Shown in pieces: positions 47,243-56,484 of a stretch of 64,000 nt of DNA; within the stretch, counting starts at the first letter, position 1; every line of letters begins with the position of its first letter. The DNA lies in assembly GCA_963667255.1 (NCBI GenBank), contig OY762940.1, positions 1,088,001-1,152,000 on the forward strand, given 5' to 3'. The position numbers and the translations under genes were made by a program. The DNA is from Candidatus Cloacimonadota bacterium. GTDB lineage: Bacteria > Cloacimonadota > Cloacimonadia > G963667145. The notes under the pieces were generated by a model, which had not been told where the DNA came from, searched no databases, and saw only the letters and a list, made by a program, of their open reading frames with translations.

Positions 47243-47921
47243 AAGTGATAAATCCCGTTTGATTTTGTTCGCCCAAAATTGGGTTGAATTTCCATTGAGC
47301 GAAAGCCTCTCTGCTTGCTTTTTCCAGCAGAGGATTGGCTCTTTTTATAATGACGATATTGGAGACAGTTCCTTGCGGAGAGAGGGAAAAACGAAGTTTG
47401 ACTTTGGCATTTTTTTGTAGTCCGTCAGGATATTTAGGCAAAACTTTGCTCACAATTTTTCGGCTGACGACTTCACCTTCCAATTGAAAATCTTGCTCAT
47501 TTTCGCTTTTCTTTAGCTCTTCCGAAAATTGCTCAAAAAAATCTTGGTTGTCCGGCAAATTGTTGTTTTGGCTGAGAGTGGGAGACTTCGGCTCGGGATT
47601 TAGATTATTGATGGAGTTGCCGATTTTTTCTTGCGTAATCACTTTATTTTTAACAACAATTTTTTCGGGCGAGGAGGTAATCTTTTTGTCCAAAGATTTG
47701 GTTATACTTTTGGGTAAATTGATTTTTTTGGGAACATAGCGATTATCCAAACCTTTTTTAACGCTCTTCTGTCCACTTGCATCAGAGGAAAAAATCCCCA
47801 CAATTTGAATTGTGGGAGGAATTTTATTCAGAACGGTATCGTAACTCAAAACCAAAAATATTGCCACAAAAAACAAGTGTGTCGCAACGGAAATCAAAAA
47901 ACTCAATCGCTTGTCGTTCAT
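47223..47921 (-). CDS. tonB: TonB-family energy transducer
   Basis: S...H TM anchor, low-complexity linker and C-terminal P.YP...G.V...WKF.P. Confidence 0.8.
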   Translation of the reverse strand: MNDKRLSFLISVATHLFFVAIFLVLSYDTVLNKIPPTIQIVGIFSSDASGQKSVKKGLDNRYVPKKINLPKSITKSLDKKITSSPEKIVVKNKVITQEKIGNSINNLNPEPKSPTLSQNNNLPDNQDFFEQFSEELKKSENEQDFQLEGEVVSRKIVSKVLPKYPDGLQKNAKVKLRFSLSPQGTVSNIVIIKRANPLLEKASREAFAQWKFNPILGEQNQTGFITFVYQIK

Positions 47922-47930
47922 AACAAAAGT

Positions 47931-48335
47931 TTATTTTAAATCAACTCCGCGAGTGGCAAGGCAGAACTTGGTTGCTCCGGACAATTTGGCGACATCCATA
48001 ACTTTGACTATTTTTTGAAACTCCAAACTCTTATCCGCTTGCACCACGATAATTTTCCCTGGTTGTGAGTTGTCCAATTTCTCTTTGAGTAACCCCGGCA
48101 AATCGTCCAAATCTATCTGATTTTGGTCTAAATAAACTTGACCTTCGTGATTGATGCTGATGAAGATATTGTTTGTGTAGTCGCTTTGACTACTTGAAGC
48201 GTCCGGCAAATTGACCTTGATGCCCGAATAAGTGATGAAACTCGACGAGACAAGGATAAAAATCAGCAGAAGCATAATAATGTCGGTAAACGAAATCAAA
48301 GCTATGGAACTAATTCTTTTTTTCTTCAAAATCAT
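47931..48335 (-). CDS. exbD: ExbD/TolR protein
   Basis: DI..LLLIF, VNLP and ADK....V.VMD motifs. Confidence 0.88.
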   Translation of the reverse strand: MILKKKRISSIALISFTDIIMLLLIFILVSSSFITYSGIKVNLPDASSSQSDYTNNIFISINHEGQVYLDQNQIDLDDLPGLLKEKLDNSQPGKIIVVQADKSLEFQKIVKVMDVAKLSGATKFCLATRGVDLK

Positions 48336-48337
48336 GG

Positions 48338-48940
48338 TTAATTAAATTTCCCGATTATCATATTTGCTTTTTGTTGTAAATCAACAGCTTCGTAGTCGAG
48401 TTTGTCCAAGAGCAAATTGTAAAAACTCAAGGCAACGATACCGACGACCAAACCGGCAACCGTGGTAATTAGTGCTTCCCAAATACCTCCTGCCAAAAGA
48501 GAGATGTCAACGCCTCCAGCAGTTTGTTGGATTTTCATAAACACTTTTATCATTCCCAAAACAGTGCCCATAAAACCGAACAAAGGTCCTACGGCTGCAA
48601 TTGTGGAGAGACTTCCTAACCCTTTTTCCATAGTGAGGATTTCGCGTTGCACACAGGAAGAGATTGTTTGTTCCACATTTTCGTTTCCCATATTTGACAA
48701 AACTCCAGCATAGACTCTGGAGATGGGAATTGAATCGACAGCTTCGCACAATTGGTTAGCTCTGTTGAGGTCTTTCTCTTGTATCACTTTGCCAAACTCC
48801 AATAAGAAATCTTCTTTCTCTTTTCTGTTCTTTTTAAGGCTTAAGAATTTTTCGATAATAATAGCCAAAGCGATGATGGAAAGCATTGCCAAAATTATCA
48901 TAATGTAGCCGCCTTTGACGGCGATAGACAGATAGCTCAT
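48338..48940 (-). CDS. exbB: MotA/TolQ/ExbB proton channel
   Basis: P.FG.MGTV.GMI..F and GI..ALITT.AGL motifs. Confidence 0.88.
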   Translation of the reverse strand: MSYLSIAVKGGYIMIILAMLSIIALAIIIEKFLSLKKNRKEKEDFLLEFGKVIQEKDLNRANQLCEAVDSIPISRVYAGVLSNMGNENVEQTISSCVQREILTMEKGLGSLSTIAAVGPLFGFMGTVLGMIKVFMKIQQTAGGVDISLLAGGIWEALITTVAGLVVGIVALSFYNLLLDKLDYEAVDLQQKANMIIGKFN

Positions 48941-48954
48941 TTGTTCCTCTCGTT

Positions 48955-50415
48955 TTATTTATCAAATATTTTCGTCATTTCTCTATCGGGAGTTTTGCCT
49001 GACAAAGAAACAACAATAATTACAATGGAGGCGATAATAAATCCGGGCAATAATTCGTATAAATCAAAAAGACCACCGCTTAAATTTTTCCAAATGATGA
49101 TGGTCGCTCCTCCGCTTATCATTCCCCCAATGGCAGCATAGCGAGTCATTCTTTTCCAAAAGAGGCTAAATAAAAGCACCGGTCCGAAGGCTGCTCCAAA
49201 GCCTGCCCAAGCATAAGAAACTAAGCCGAGAACCGAAGAGTTTTGATTGGAAGCAATAATTCCCGCTAACACGGCAACGGCTACAACAGTAATTCTGCTG
49301 ACATAAACCAACTCTTTTTCGCTGACATCTCTTTTGGTAAAAAACTTGTAAAAATCTTCGGTAAAAGAAGAGGCTACTACGATGAGTTGAGAATCGGCGG
49401 TGCTCATCACGGCAGCAAGAATGGCAGCGAGCATTATTCCGGCAACAAGCGGATGGAAGAAAACTTCGATTAAGAGCATAAAAACTTTTTCGGAGTCGAA
49501 GCCCGCAGGAACGGCTGTAGAGTGAGTGTAAGCATAGCCGATAAGCCCTATCAAAGTGGCGGCTGCAAGACTGACAACAGTCCACGAAACTGCAATAACT
49601 CTGGCTGGACGGACATCTTCTTCTGATTTCAGCCCCATAAATCTGGTGAGAATATGCGGTTGCCCGAAATAGCCAAGCCCCCAAGCCATGGAAGATAAGA
49701 TTGTCAGTAGCGAAAGATTTTCTGAGGCTCCAAACTCTCTGAAAATCGATAAATGGTCGCTTATCAAAGAAAAATTGCTGGAAAATATTTTGTATCCAAA
49801 AATACAGACGAAGCAGATGGAAAACAGCATCAAGAGTCCTTGGAAAAAATCTGTCCAAGACACAGCCAAAAATCCGCCCAAAAAGGTATAGCTGATGATA
49901 ACCACTACGGAAATGAGCAGGGAGTAAATGTAGGGAATGCTGAAAACGGTGTTGAAAAGTTTGGCTCCGGCGACAAATCCCGAGGAGGTATAAATTACAA
50001 AAAAGATAATGATGAAAGCACCAGATAGGAAACGAAGAGTTTTGGATTTATCTTGAAATCTGACTTCCAAATATTCGGAAATTGTCAGAGAATCGTCGGC
50101 TGATTCGGTAAATCTACGAAGTCTTTTAGCAACGAATTTCCAGTTGCACCAAGTGCCGATAGCAAGACCTAAAGCCATCCAAAAAGCTCCGGCAAGTCCG
50201 AAAGCATAAGCTGCTCCGGGCAGTCCCATCAAAAGCCAACCGCTCATATCCGAAGCACAAGCCGACAGAGCTCCAACCCAAGGACCAAGCGACCTACCGC
50301 CCAAAACATAATCGGACAAACTTTCTGTTTTGCGATAAAAGTGCAAACCGATGAACAGCATAAACACGAAATACAAAGTAAAGGTCAAATAAATACTTCC
50401 GTTATTGACAAACAT
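48955..50415 (-). CDS. putP: Sodium/proline symporter
   Basis: ASDMSGWLLMGLPG, GYFGQPHIL.RFM and AAVMSTADSQL motifs. ATG 50415 follows AAGGAG. Confidence 0.92.
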   Translation of the reverse strand: MFVNNGSIYLTFTLYFVFMLFIGLHFYRKTESLSDYVLGGRSLGPWVGALSACASDMSGWLLMGLPGAAYAFGLAGAFWMALGLAIGTWCNWKFVAKRLRRFTESADDSLTISEYLEVRFQDKSKTLRFLSGAFIIIFFVIYTSSGFVAGAKLFNTVFSIPYIYSLLISVVVIISYTFLGGFLAVSWTDFFQGLLMLFSICFVCIFGYKIFSSNFSLISDHLSIFREFGASENLSLLTILSSMAWGLGYFGQPHILTRFMGLKSEEDVRPARVIAVSWTVVSLAAATLIGLIGYAYTHSTAVPAGFDSEKVFMLLIEVFFHPLVAGIMLAAILAAVMSTADSQLIVVASSFTEDFYKFFTKRDVSEKELVYVSRITVVAVAVLAGIIASNQNSSVLGLVSYAWAGFGAAFGPVLLFSLFWKRMTRYAAIGGMISGGATIIIWKNLSGGLFDLYELLPGFIIASIVIIVVSLSGKTPDREMTKIFDK

Positions 50416-51143
50416 TAATTCACTCCTTATAAAAAACAAATTAGGATTCTCACAATGTGTAATAATCACGATAAGTCAGTATTTTGTAACTTATTTTATT
50501 GTCAAATCTAAAAAATTAATCTTTGTTCATTCTTTGAAAGGGGAAACGAGCCAAAAAAACTTCTTTTGTTATAAGGTTGTTAAGATAGCTACTTTTCCCA
50601 TCCATCCTCATTCCAGCGAAAGCGGTAATCCAGTCGGGACAAGGTAGGGACATTAGCACTAGCTTCTTTATAAAAAACGAGTTAAGAACGGGCATGAGGA
50701 TTAGAGGAGCAGGGAACTTAAACAACAATTCCGTCAGACCCCAATCAACTAAGGCTGGACAACGATTTGGCAAGGGGCTATGTGGATTATTTGGGGGATA
50801 ATAACCTTGATAGAACAGGGAAGAAGAAGGGCAATGATACGAGTATGGCAACGCCAAAGAGAGTGGCACAACCTACTGCTCAAACTCCTGTGCAAAACTT
50901 GGCTCCACAGCCAAAGCCCGAAGAAGAAGAGGAAACAGCAAGAGACGACACAAACGGATTTTGAGAAAAGTCTTGACTTTCTCCTCGAAAAGAATGTTTT
51001 GGGTTTGTTTTAAAGGCAAAACTCTTGACAATTATCCTCACAATCGCCCATTGGATTGTAGTGGGCATAGGAGGAAACGATGGCAAAGGAAAAGTCCTCT
51101 TGGTTGACCACGGTAAAACCACAAAATTGAGGGGAAACACGAA

Positions 51144-51794
51144 ATGAAAGCTATCTTGATATCGCTTGTTGAGAGCATCTTTGCTAATCCTGCAAACTAT
51201 GGAATATTTCTTCTTTGTTGTATAGTTTTAACCGCTATTGTAACTATTAAGATTAAAGGGTTTTTGAATAAATGCAAAAATTCTAACAAAAAGTTTGGTA
51301 ATATAGATAAAAGCTTTGTTAATGTTAATGAAAAGATGGATTCTTTTGGTGGGAAGCTTGATGCTATAGGTGCAAGTTTGATGAATTTATGCACTGCATT
51401 ACACGAAAAAAAAGTGGTTGTAAAGAATTATACTCCCCAAGCTTTAATTCAGTCAAGTAGCCCCATTAATTTAACAGAAAACGGTATTAAATTTGTAGAA
51501 AAAAGCGGGGCTAAAACTGCTTATTTGTCTATGAAGCAAGAGTTAACCGATAAAGTCCTTAGCAATGCTCCTTACAAAAATTATTTAGACTTTGAACAAG
51601 CGTGTTTAAGGGCAATTGATAACACTCAAAGAGAAGAATTGAACGAGCCTAAAAACTACATATATGAAAATCCTGTTACTAATGGTATTGCTGTTACTAT
51701 CTATGACATTGTTAAAATGATAGGAATTATGCTCAGAAATGACATCTTAAAAGAACATAAAGATATTGTTACCAGTTCGTTAAAAAAGAAATAA
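51144..51794 (+). CDS. Hypothetical membrane-anchored protein (TM + coiled coil + C-terminal globular domain)
   Basis: 216-aa ORF with an RBS and a hydrophobic segment at about aa 19-37. It ends 14 nt before the antitoxin gene. Confidence 0.7.
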   Translation: MKAILISLVESIFANPANYGIFLLCCIVLTAIVTIKIKGFLNKCKNSNKKFGNIDKSFVNVNEKMDSFGGKLDAIGASLMNLCTALHEKKVVVKNYTPQALIQSSSPINLTENGIKFVEKSGAKTAYLSMKQELTDKVLSNAPYKNYLDFEQACLRAIDNTQREELNEPKNYIYENPVTNGIAVTIYDIVKMIGIMLRNDILKEHKDIVTSSLKKK

Positions 51795-51808
51795 TTTTGG
51801 AGTAAGTT

Positions 51809-52282
51809 ATGGGAAAGAAAATTGATGCTGTAGCTATTGCTAAATGGTTTTTGTGCAATATTGATTTGGCAAGTGGAGATTTAATAACTCATTTAAAGTT
51901 GCAAAAATTAGTTTACTATGCTCAAGCGTGGTATTTGGCTCTCAACGACAAAGAGTTGTTTCCCGAAGAAATAGAAGCGTGGGCTCACGGTCCGGTTGTT
52001 CCTTGTATTTTCCAAGCATTTAAAGGGAATGGATTTGACCCTATTCCTTGCCCAAGTGATTGCCCTGTTTTCGATAAGGAAATAACCTCACATCTTAGCG
52101 AAATACTGGATGTCTATGGTATTTATGAAGCAAAATATTTGGAAAGATTAACTCATCAAGAAGCTCCTTGGCTGCTTGCAAGAGGGAATTTACCTATTGA
52201 GGTTTCTTCTCACAATATTATTTCCAAAGAGAGTATGAAAGATTTTTACAAAAAAATGAACGAAGAAAACAAGAGTGCATAG
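51809..52282 (+). CDS. Panacea-domain (DUF4065/SocA/GepA-like) antitoxin
   Basis: THLKLQKLVYYAQ, LF.E.IEAWAHGPVV and L..LTH.E.PW motifs. Confidence 0.88.
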   Translation: MGKKIDAVAIAKWFLCNIDLASGDLITHLKLQKLVYYAQAWYLALNDKELFPEEIEAWAHGPVVPCIFQAFKGNGFDPIPCPSDCPVFDKEITSHLSEILDVYGIYEAKYLERLTHQEAPWLLARGNLPIEVSSHNIISKESMKDFYKKMNEENKSA

Positions 52283-52706
52283 GATAAATGCAAAGGTAAA
52301 TAACGAGAACAAAAAAGCCTTTTATGATACATCTATAAAACCAAAAGAAGATTTCCCCAATGTTAGCTTAAAATATTTTAATGATGGGTTTGAGTGTTTT
52401 AGTGAATGGGGAAAGAAAGAGTTAAAGGGGCTTACATCTTTTATAAAAAAACTAAGAAATTCGACTTGGCAAAAGATATTTAACTCTGGTGGCAAGTGTA
52501 GTAAAAACAGTAAGAATGGTTTTGCCTTAACTACTCACAAAGGCAGCAATATTATCAAGAGGCTTTCTGGGAAATTGGCTTATATAGAAAAAAAAGAAAT
52601 TATTTTTTTTGAACTTAGAACGAGTGGGAAAGCGAGAGTTCACGGATTTAAACAAGGGGAAACATTCTTTTTAATTCTTCTCGATAGAAATCACAAACTC
52701 TATTAA
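52275..52706 (+). CDS. Putative toxin partner of Panacea antitoxin (RelE-like fold suspected)
   Basis: Basic 143-aa ORF overlapping the antitoxin stop, with C-terminal FELR.S...RVHGF....FF....DRNH. Confidence 0.6.
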   Translation: MHRINAKVNNENKKAFYDTSIKPKEDFPNVSLKYFNDGFECFSEWGKKELKGLTSFIKKLRNSTWQKIFNSGGKCSKNSKNGFALTTHKGSNIIKRLSGKLAYIEKKEIIFFELRTSGKARVHGFKQGETFFLILLDRNHKLY

Positions 52707-53428
52707 TAAATTCTTGTAAAAACAGTAATAGTATAGCCTCCTTTGTAGCCTTCTTTGGGAGGGAATACAGCTTTGGTAACAAGCCTGTCTTTCGATTGTT
52801 CAATGATGGGGTCGCAAATATCTCCATCGTAAACTAACATCTTTTCGCTATAAGAATATGGAACTCTGTATGGGTCTGTGGAAACTTGGCTTGTCCCATC
52901 TAAGTAAAATGCTTCTGTTTGATTTTTGTGATAGTCTTGACCTGTCTTGTAATGATTGTATAGGTCAAACTTAGTCTTCCAAGTCCCAACCATATAGTCA
53001 TCTTTATTCAGATAGCAGGTAGCCTTGATGTAGTATGTTCTCTCTAAATCGTCATACTTTTCTTTGGTTATTCTGTAAGCGAATTTGTCGCCTTTTCCTG
53101 CGAGCAGGAGATTGATTTCTTTTTCGATAAACGATGTAACTTTGCCGTTCTTTTCGGCATCGTAGGTGGTAACACTACCAGAGACCTCGACTCCTCTGTC
53201 GATGAGAGTCTTGCCAATGAGCATTCGCACTACTTTGTCGTAGGCTTCGTTCTTGGTTTCGCCCTCTTGCAAATGATAGGTGGCTTCTTGGACTGTCTCG
53301 TGGTAGATTGACTTCTGATATTTGAACTCTACTGGGTCTCTGAAATAGTAGTCTCTTGGGTGCCACATAGCAAGCAAAGAAGTGAATATGAGTGTGAGCA
53401 AGATGAGTAGAGATATTAGCTTTTTCAT
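52703..53428 (-). CDS. Hypothetical secreted protein
   Basis: Signal peptide MKKLISLLILLTLIFTSLLA. ATG 53428 follows AAGGAG. Tyr-rich. Confidence 0.7.
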   Translation of the reverse strand: MKKLISLLILLTLIFTSLLAMWHPRDYYFRDPVEFKYQKSIYHETVQEATYHLQEGETKNEAYDKVVRMLIGKTLIDRGVEVSGSVTTYDAEKNGKVTSFIEKEINLLLAGKGDKFAYRITKEKYDDLERTYYIKATCYLNKDDYMVGTWKTKFDLYNHYKTGQDYHKNQTEAFYLDGTSQVSTDPYRVPYSYSEKMLVYDGDICDPIIEQSKDRLVTKAVFPPKEGYKGGYTITVFTRIY

Positions 53429-53606
53429 TTTACTTGGTCTCCTTTTTTGATTTATTTGAGTTTTCGGGGCATAGGTTGTCAAGAAATTTTAATCTTGTTG
53501 TTTTTATGCAAAAATTCCTTCTTTCAAATAAAAGTTGTTGACACCTGACACGATTTAATAAGTTTCAAACAAAATTTTATAGATATGTTTAACGAAAGGG
53601 GTGTAA

Positions 53607-54317
53607 ATGAACTCATCGCAAATTTTGGCTAAAATGCAAGGTATAGATGATAAGATTAGCGATTTGCTTAAAAAGTCCGCACATCTGCCGGAACAGCTCA
53701 AAGGTCTGCAAGATAAGAAGAGCGAGACAGGAACGGCGTTGGATGAACTTGTTGAGCAAATAAAAAAGTGCAAGGAGTCGCAAAGCTTGTTGGAGCTGGA
53801 AGTGCAGACTAACAAGAACTTGGTCGAGAAATACAAAGAGCAACTTAACTCTATATCTAACAACAAGGAATACAAGGCTTTAAATAGTGAAATAACGCTA
53901 ATTAAAAGCAAAAATGTGCAACTTGATGAAAAAGAGCTCGGTTTGATGGAAGAAGAGAAGTTATTGAATGAGCAGAAGAGAGTTGCCGAAGAGAACAATA
54001 TATCTGCAAAAAAAGCTCTCGAAGAGGGTGAGGCTACTATCAAGGTGCAGATTGACGAAGTGAACAAGCAGATAGAAGCTGAAAAGTCCGAGAGGAATGC
54101 ACTTGCCGGAAAATTGCCGACCTCCCTTGTAAAACAATATGTTCTCTTGATAAAGAAGAAGAATCGTAAAGCTGTTGCTTTTGCTTATAAAGACGCTTGC
54201 AGTGAATGTGGCTTTCGTTTGCGTCCACAATTGCTCTTGGAGCTTGATACTTGCAGTGAGCCGAAAGTGTGTGAGAATTGTGGCAGGTTTTTGATTAAAT
54301 TGGAAGAAAATAAATAA
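53607..54317 (+). CDS. C4-type zinc-ribbon coiled-coil protein (DUF164-like)
   Basis: Long coiled coil, N.KEY.AL..EI, and C-terminal CSEC...CENCGR.L. Confidence 0.85.
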   Translation: MNSSQILAKMQGIDDKISDLLKKSAHLPEQLKGLQDKKSETGTALDELVEQIKKCKESQSLLELEVQTNKNLVEKYKEQLNSISNNKEYKALNSEITLIKSKNVQLDEKELGLMEEEKLLNEQKRVAEENNISAKKALEEGEATIKVQIDEVNKQIEAEKSERNALAGKLPTSLVKQYVLLIKKKNRKAVAFAYKDACSECGFRLRPQLLLELDTCSEPKVCENCGRFLIKLEENK

Positions 54318-54325
54318 AGATATAT

Positions 54326-54755
54326 TTTTGAGGAGAGGATAACATCTCTGCCGAAGTCGATTTTGTTGGCTTCGAAGGAAAGTCCGAACACCGCAGAGCA
54401 GATTGCTTCTTAATACGGAAGTCTTGGCAACAAGGAATAATCCAACAGAAAGATACTCCAAGCACCTATTTTAGCTTTCAAATTTGTAGAAAATAGGTAT
54501 ATTAAAAAGGCTAAAATAGGTGCTTGATAAGGTGAAATGGTGGTGTAAGAGATCACCGGCACGGAGCGTGAGCCTCGTGGACAGGGAGTTTCAATCGGTG
54601 CAATGCCAAATAGGGGACTGATAGGTTGCTCGCCTTGCTAAGGTCTCGGGTAGGCAGCAAGAGTCGGTTAGTGATAATCGACCGAGATAAATAGAGATAG
54701 TTTGGCTGTTTAGTAGGTCAAAGACAGAATTCGGCTTAATATCTTCTCCTTAAAA
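54326..54755 (+). ncRNA. rnpB: RNase P RNA (type A)
   Basis: P1 GAGGAGAGGATA/TATCTTCTCCTT, P4 GGAAAGTCCGAAC with ACAGAATTCGGCTTA, and CAACAGAAA, GGTGAAA, GGGTAGG and AGATAAAT motifs. Confidence 0.9.
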
Positions 54756-54774
54756 TAATCAAAAGAATGTTGTT

Positions 54775-56484
54775 ATGAAATCTTCGTGGATATTGGCTGA
54801 AAACAAAGAAAATGAATCTTTGCTCGCGGAACTTGAACGGGAGCTGTCTTGTAGTAGCCGTTTTGCACAAATTTTGCTTAATTTGGATTTGAACTCTTTG
54901 CAAGAAGCAAAATCTTTTTTATCTCCTGAAATTGGAGATTTGTTAAATCCTTTTTCTTTTAAACAGATGACAAAAGCTGTCGAATTGGTGGTAAAAGCAA
55001 TTAAGAGAAAGCGAAAAATCATTATCTACGGTGATTTTGACGCTGATGGCATCACTTCGGTAACTGTTCTTTACAGGGGCTTGCGAGAGCTGGGTGCGGA
55101 TATTGACTTTTTTATTCCTGACAGGCTGAAAGATGGTTACGGGCTTAGCATGAGATGTGCGGAGAGGATTTTAGAAGAGCCTCCTTATTTGTTGATAACG
55201 GTCGATTGTGGCATCTCTGCTGCTGATGTGGTGGACAAGCTGAAGGCGGAAAGCGTCAAAGTCATTATCACAGACCACCATTTACCACAGGGCAAGATTC
55301 CGTCCGCTGATGCCGTGCTAAATCCGCAATTGGAAGACAGCGGTTATGCATGCAAATATCTGGCAGGAGTGGGAGTTGCTTTCAAATTGTTAAGCGGAGT
55401 TTGCAGTTTGCTGGAGGTTGACCCTAATCGTTATCTTTATCCGAATTTGATTTTTGTCTGCTTGGGGACTGTGGCAGATATTGTGCCTTTGACAGAGGAG
55501 AACAGGACACTGGTCAGATTGGGTATTTTGTCTATAAAAAATCGCTTTAACAAGGGACTTACTGCTCTGATAAAGTCGGGAGGTCTGAATCCCGATAGGC
55601 TTACTTCGGGGAATGTGGTGTTCAATGTTGCTCCGAAAATCAACGCTGCCGGTCGTATGGGCGATGTGAAACAGGCGGTAAACCTTTTCCTTAGTGAAGA
55701 TGAAAACGAAATCAATTCCATCGTTACTGAGTTGGAGGAGTTAAATTCGCTTCGTCGCAATCAGCAGGACGAAATTTTCGAGCTGGCTTGTCAGCAGATA
55801 GAGGAAAAATATTCAGATTTCGATAAAATGCAAACTCTAATAGTCGGAGACCCCAGTTGGCATGTGGGGATTATCGGGATAGTAGCTTCCAAGTTGGTGG
55901 AGACTTTCAATCGTCCGGCGATTGTTTATGGCGAGGAAGGTGGCAAATTACGCGGTTCAGCCAGAAGTGTCCCCGGGTTTAACATGGTAAAAGCCATTGA
56001 GAGTGGCAAAGATTTGTTGATAGCTTACGGTGGTCATAAGTATGCGGCGGGCATCAGTTTGTTGCAGGAATATTTGCCGAGATTTGAAGAGAGGGTGCAA
56101 AACTATTGTAAGGAAAATTTGACTGAAGAGATGGTGCAGCCGACATTTAGGGTGGATATGGAGCTTGATTTTGCGGAGATTGACAACGATTTCGTAAAGT
56201 TTCTAACCAAACTCTCGCCTTTTGGTCCTGGCAACCATAAACCTGTGTTTTTGTCCAAAGGTCTGAAGATAGCCAATAGTCCGCGAATTGTTGGGGCTAA
56301 TCATTTGCAGGTCAGGCTGACAAACGGGGAAAACGAGATTAACTTCATCGGCTTTGGTTTGGGCGACTATCAGAAGCAACTAAAATACGATTCCACATTG
56401 GATATAATTTACGCTTTGGATTTCAATTTTTGGCAATCCAGAGTTTATATACAAGGCTTTCTAAAAGATATTGATGTCTATTAA
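54775..56484 (+). CDS. recJ: Single-stranded DNA exonuclease RecJ
   Basis: GDFDADG, TVDCG, TDHH, GTVADI, NAAGR, GSARS and GGH..AAG motifs. Confidence 0.95.
   Translation: MKSSWILAENKENESLLAELERELSCSSRFAQILLNLDLNSLQEAKSFLSPEIGDLLNPFSFKQMTKAVELVVKAIKRKRKIIIYGDFDADGITSVTVLYRGLRELGADIDFFIPDRLKDGYGLSMRCAERILEEPPYLLITVDCGISAADVVDKLKAESVKVIITDHHLPQGKIPSADAVLNPQLEDSGYACKYLAGVGVAFKLLSGVCSLLEVDPNRYLYPNLIFVCLGTVADIVPLTEENRTLVRLGILSIKNRFNKGLTALIKSGGLNPDRLTSGNVVFNVAPKINAAGRMGDVKQAVNLFLSEDENEINSIVTELEELNSLRRNQQDEIFELACQQIEEKYSDFDKMQTLIVGDPSWHVGIIGIVASKLVETFNRPAIVYGEEGGKLRGSARSVPGFNMVKAIESGKDLLIAYGGHKYAAGISLLQEYLPRFEERVQNYCKENLTEEMVQPTFRVDMELDFAEIDNDFVKFLTKLSPFGPGNHKPVFLSKGLKIANSPRIVGANHLQVRLTNGENEINFIGFGLGDYQKQLKYDSTLDIIYALDFNFWQSRVYIQGFLKDIDVY

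Noticed and set aside
50516..50869. 117-aa minus-strand ORF
   Set aside because: No RBS or motif, and an implausible composition.
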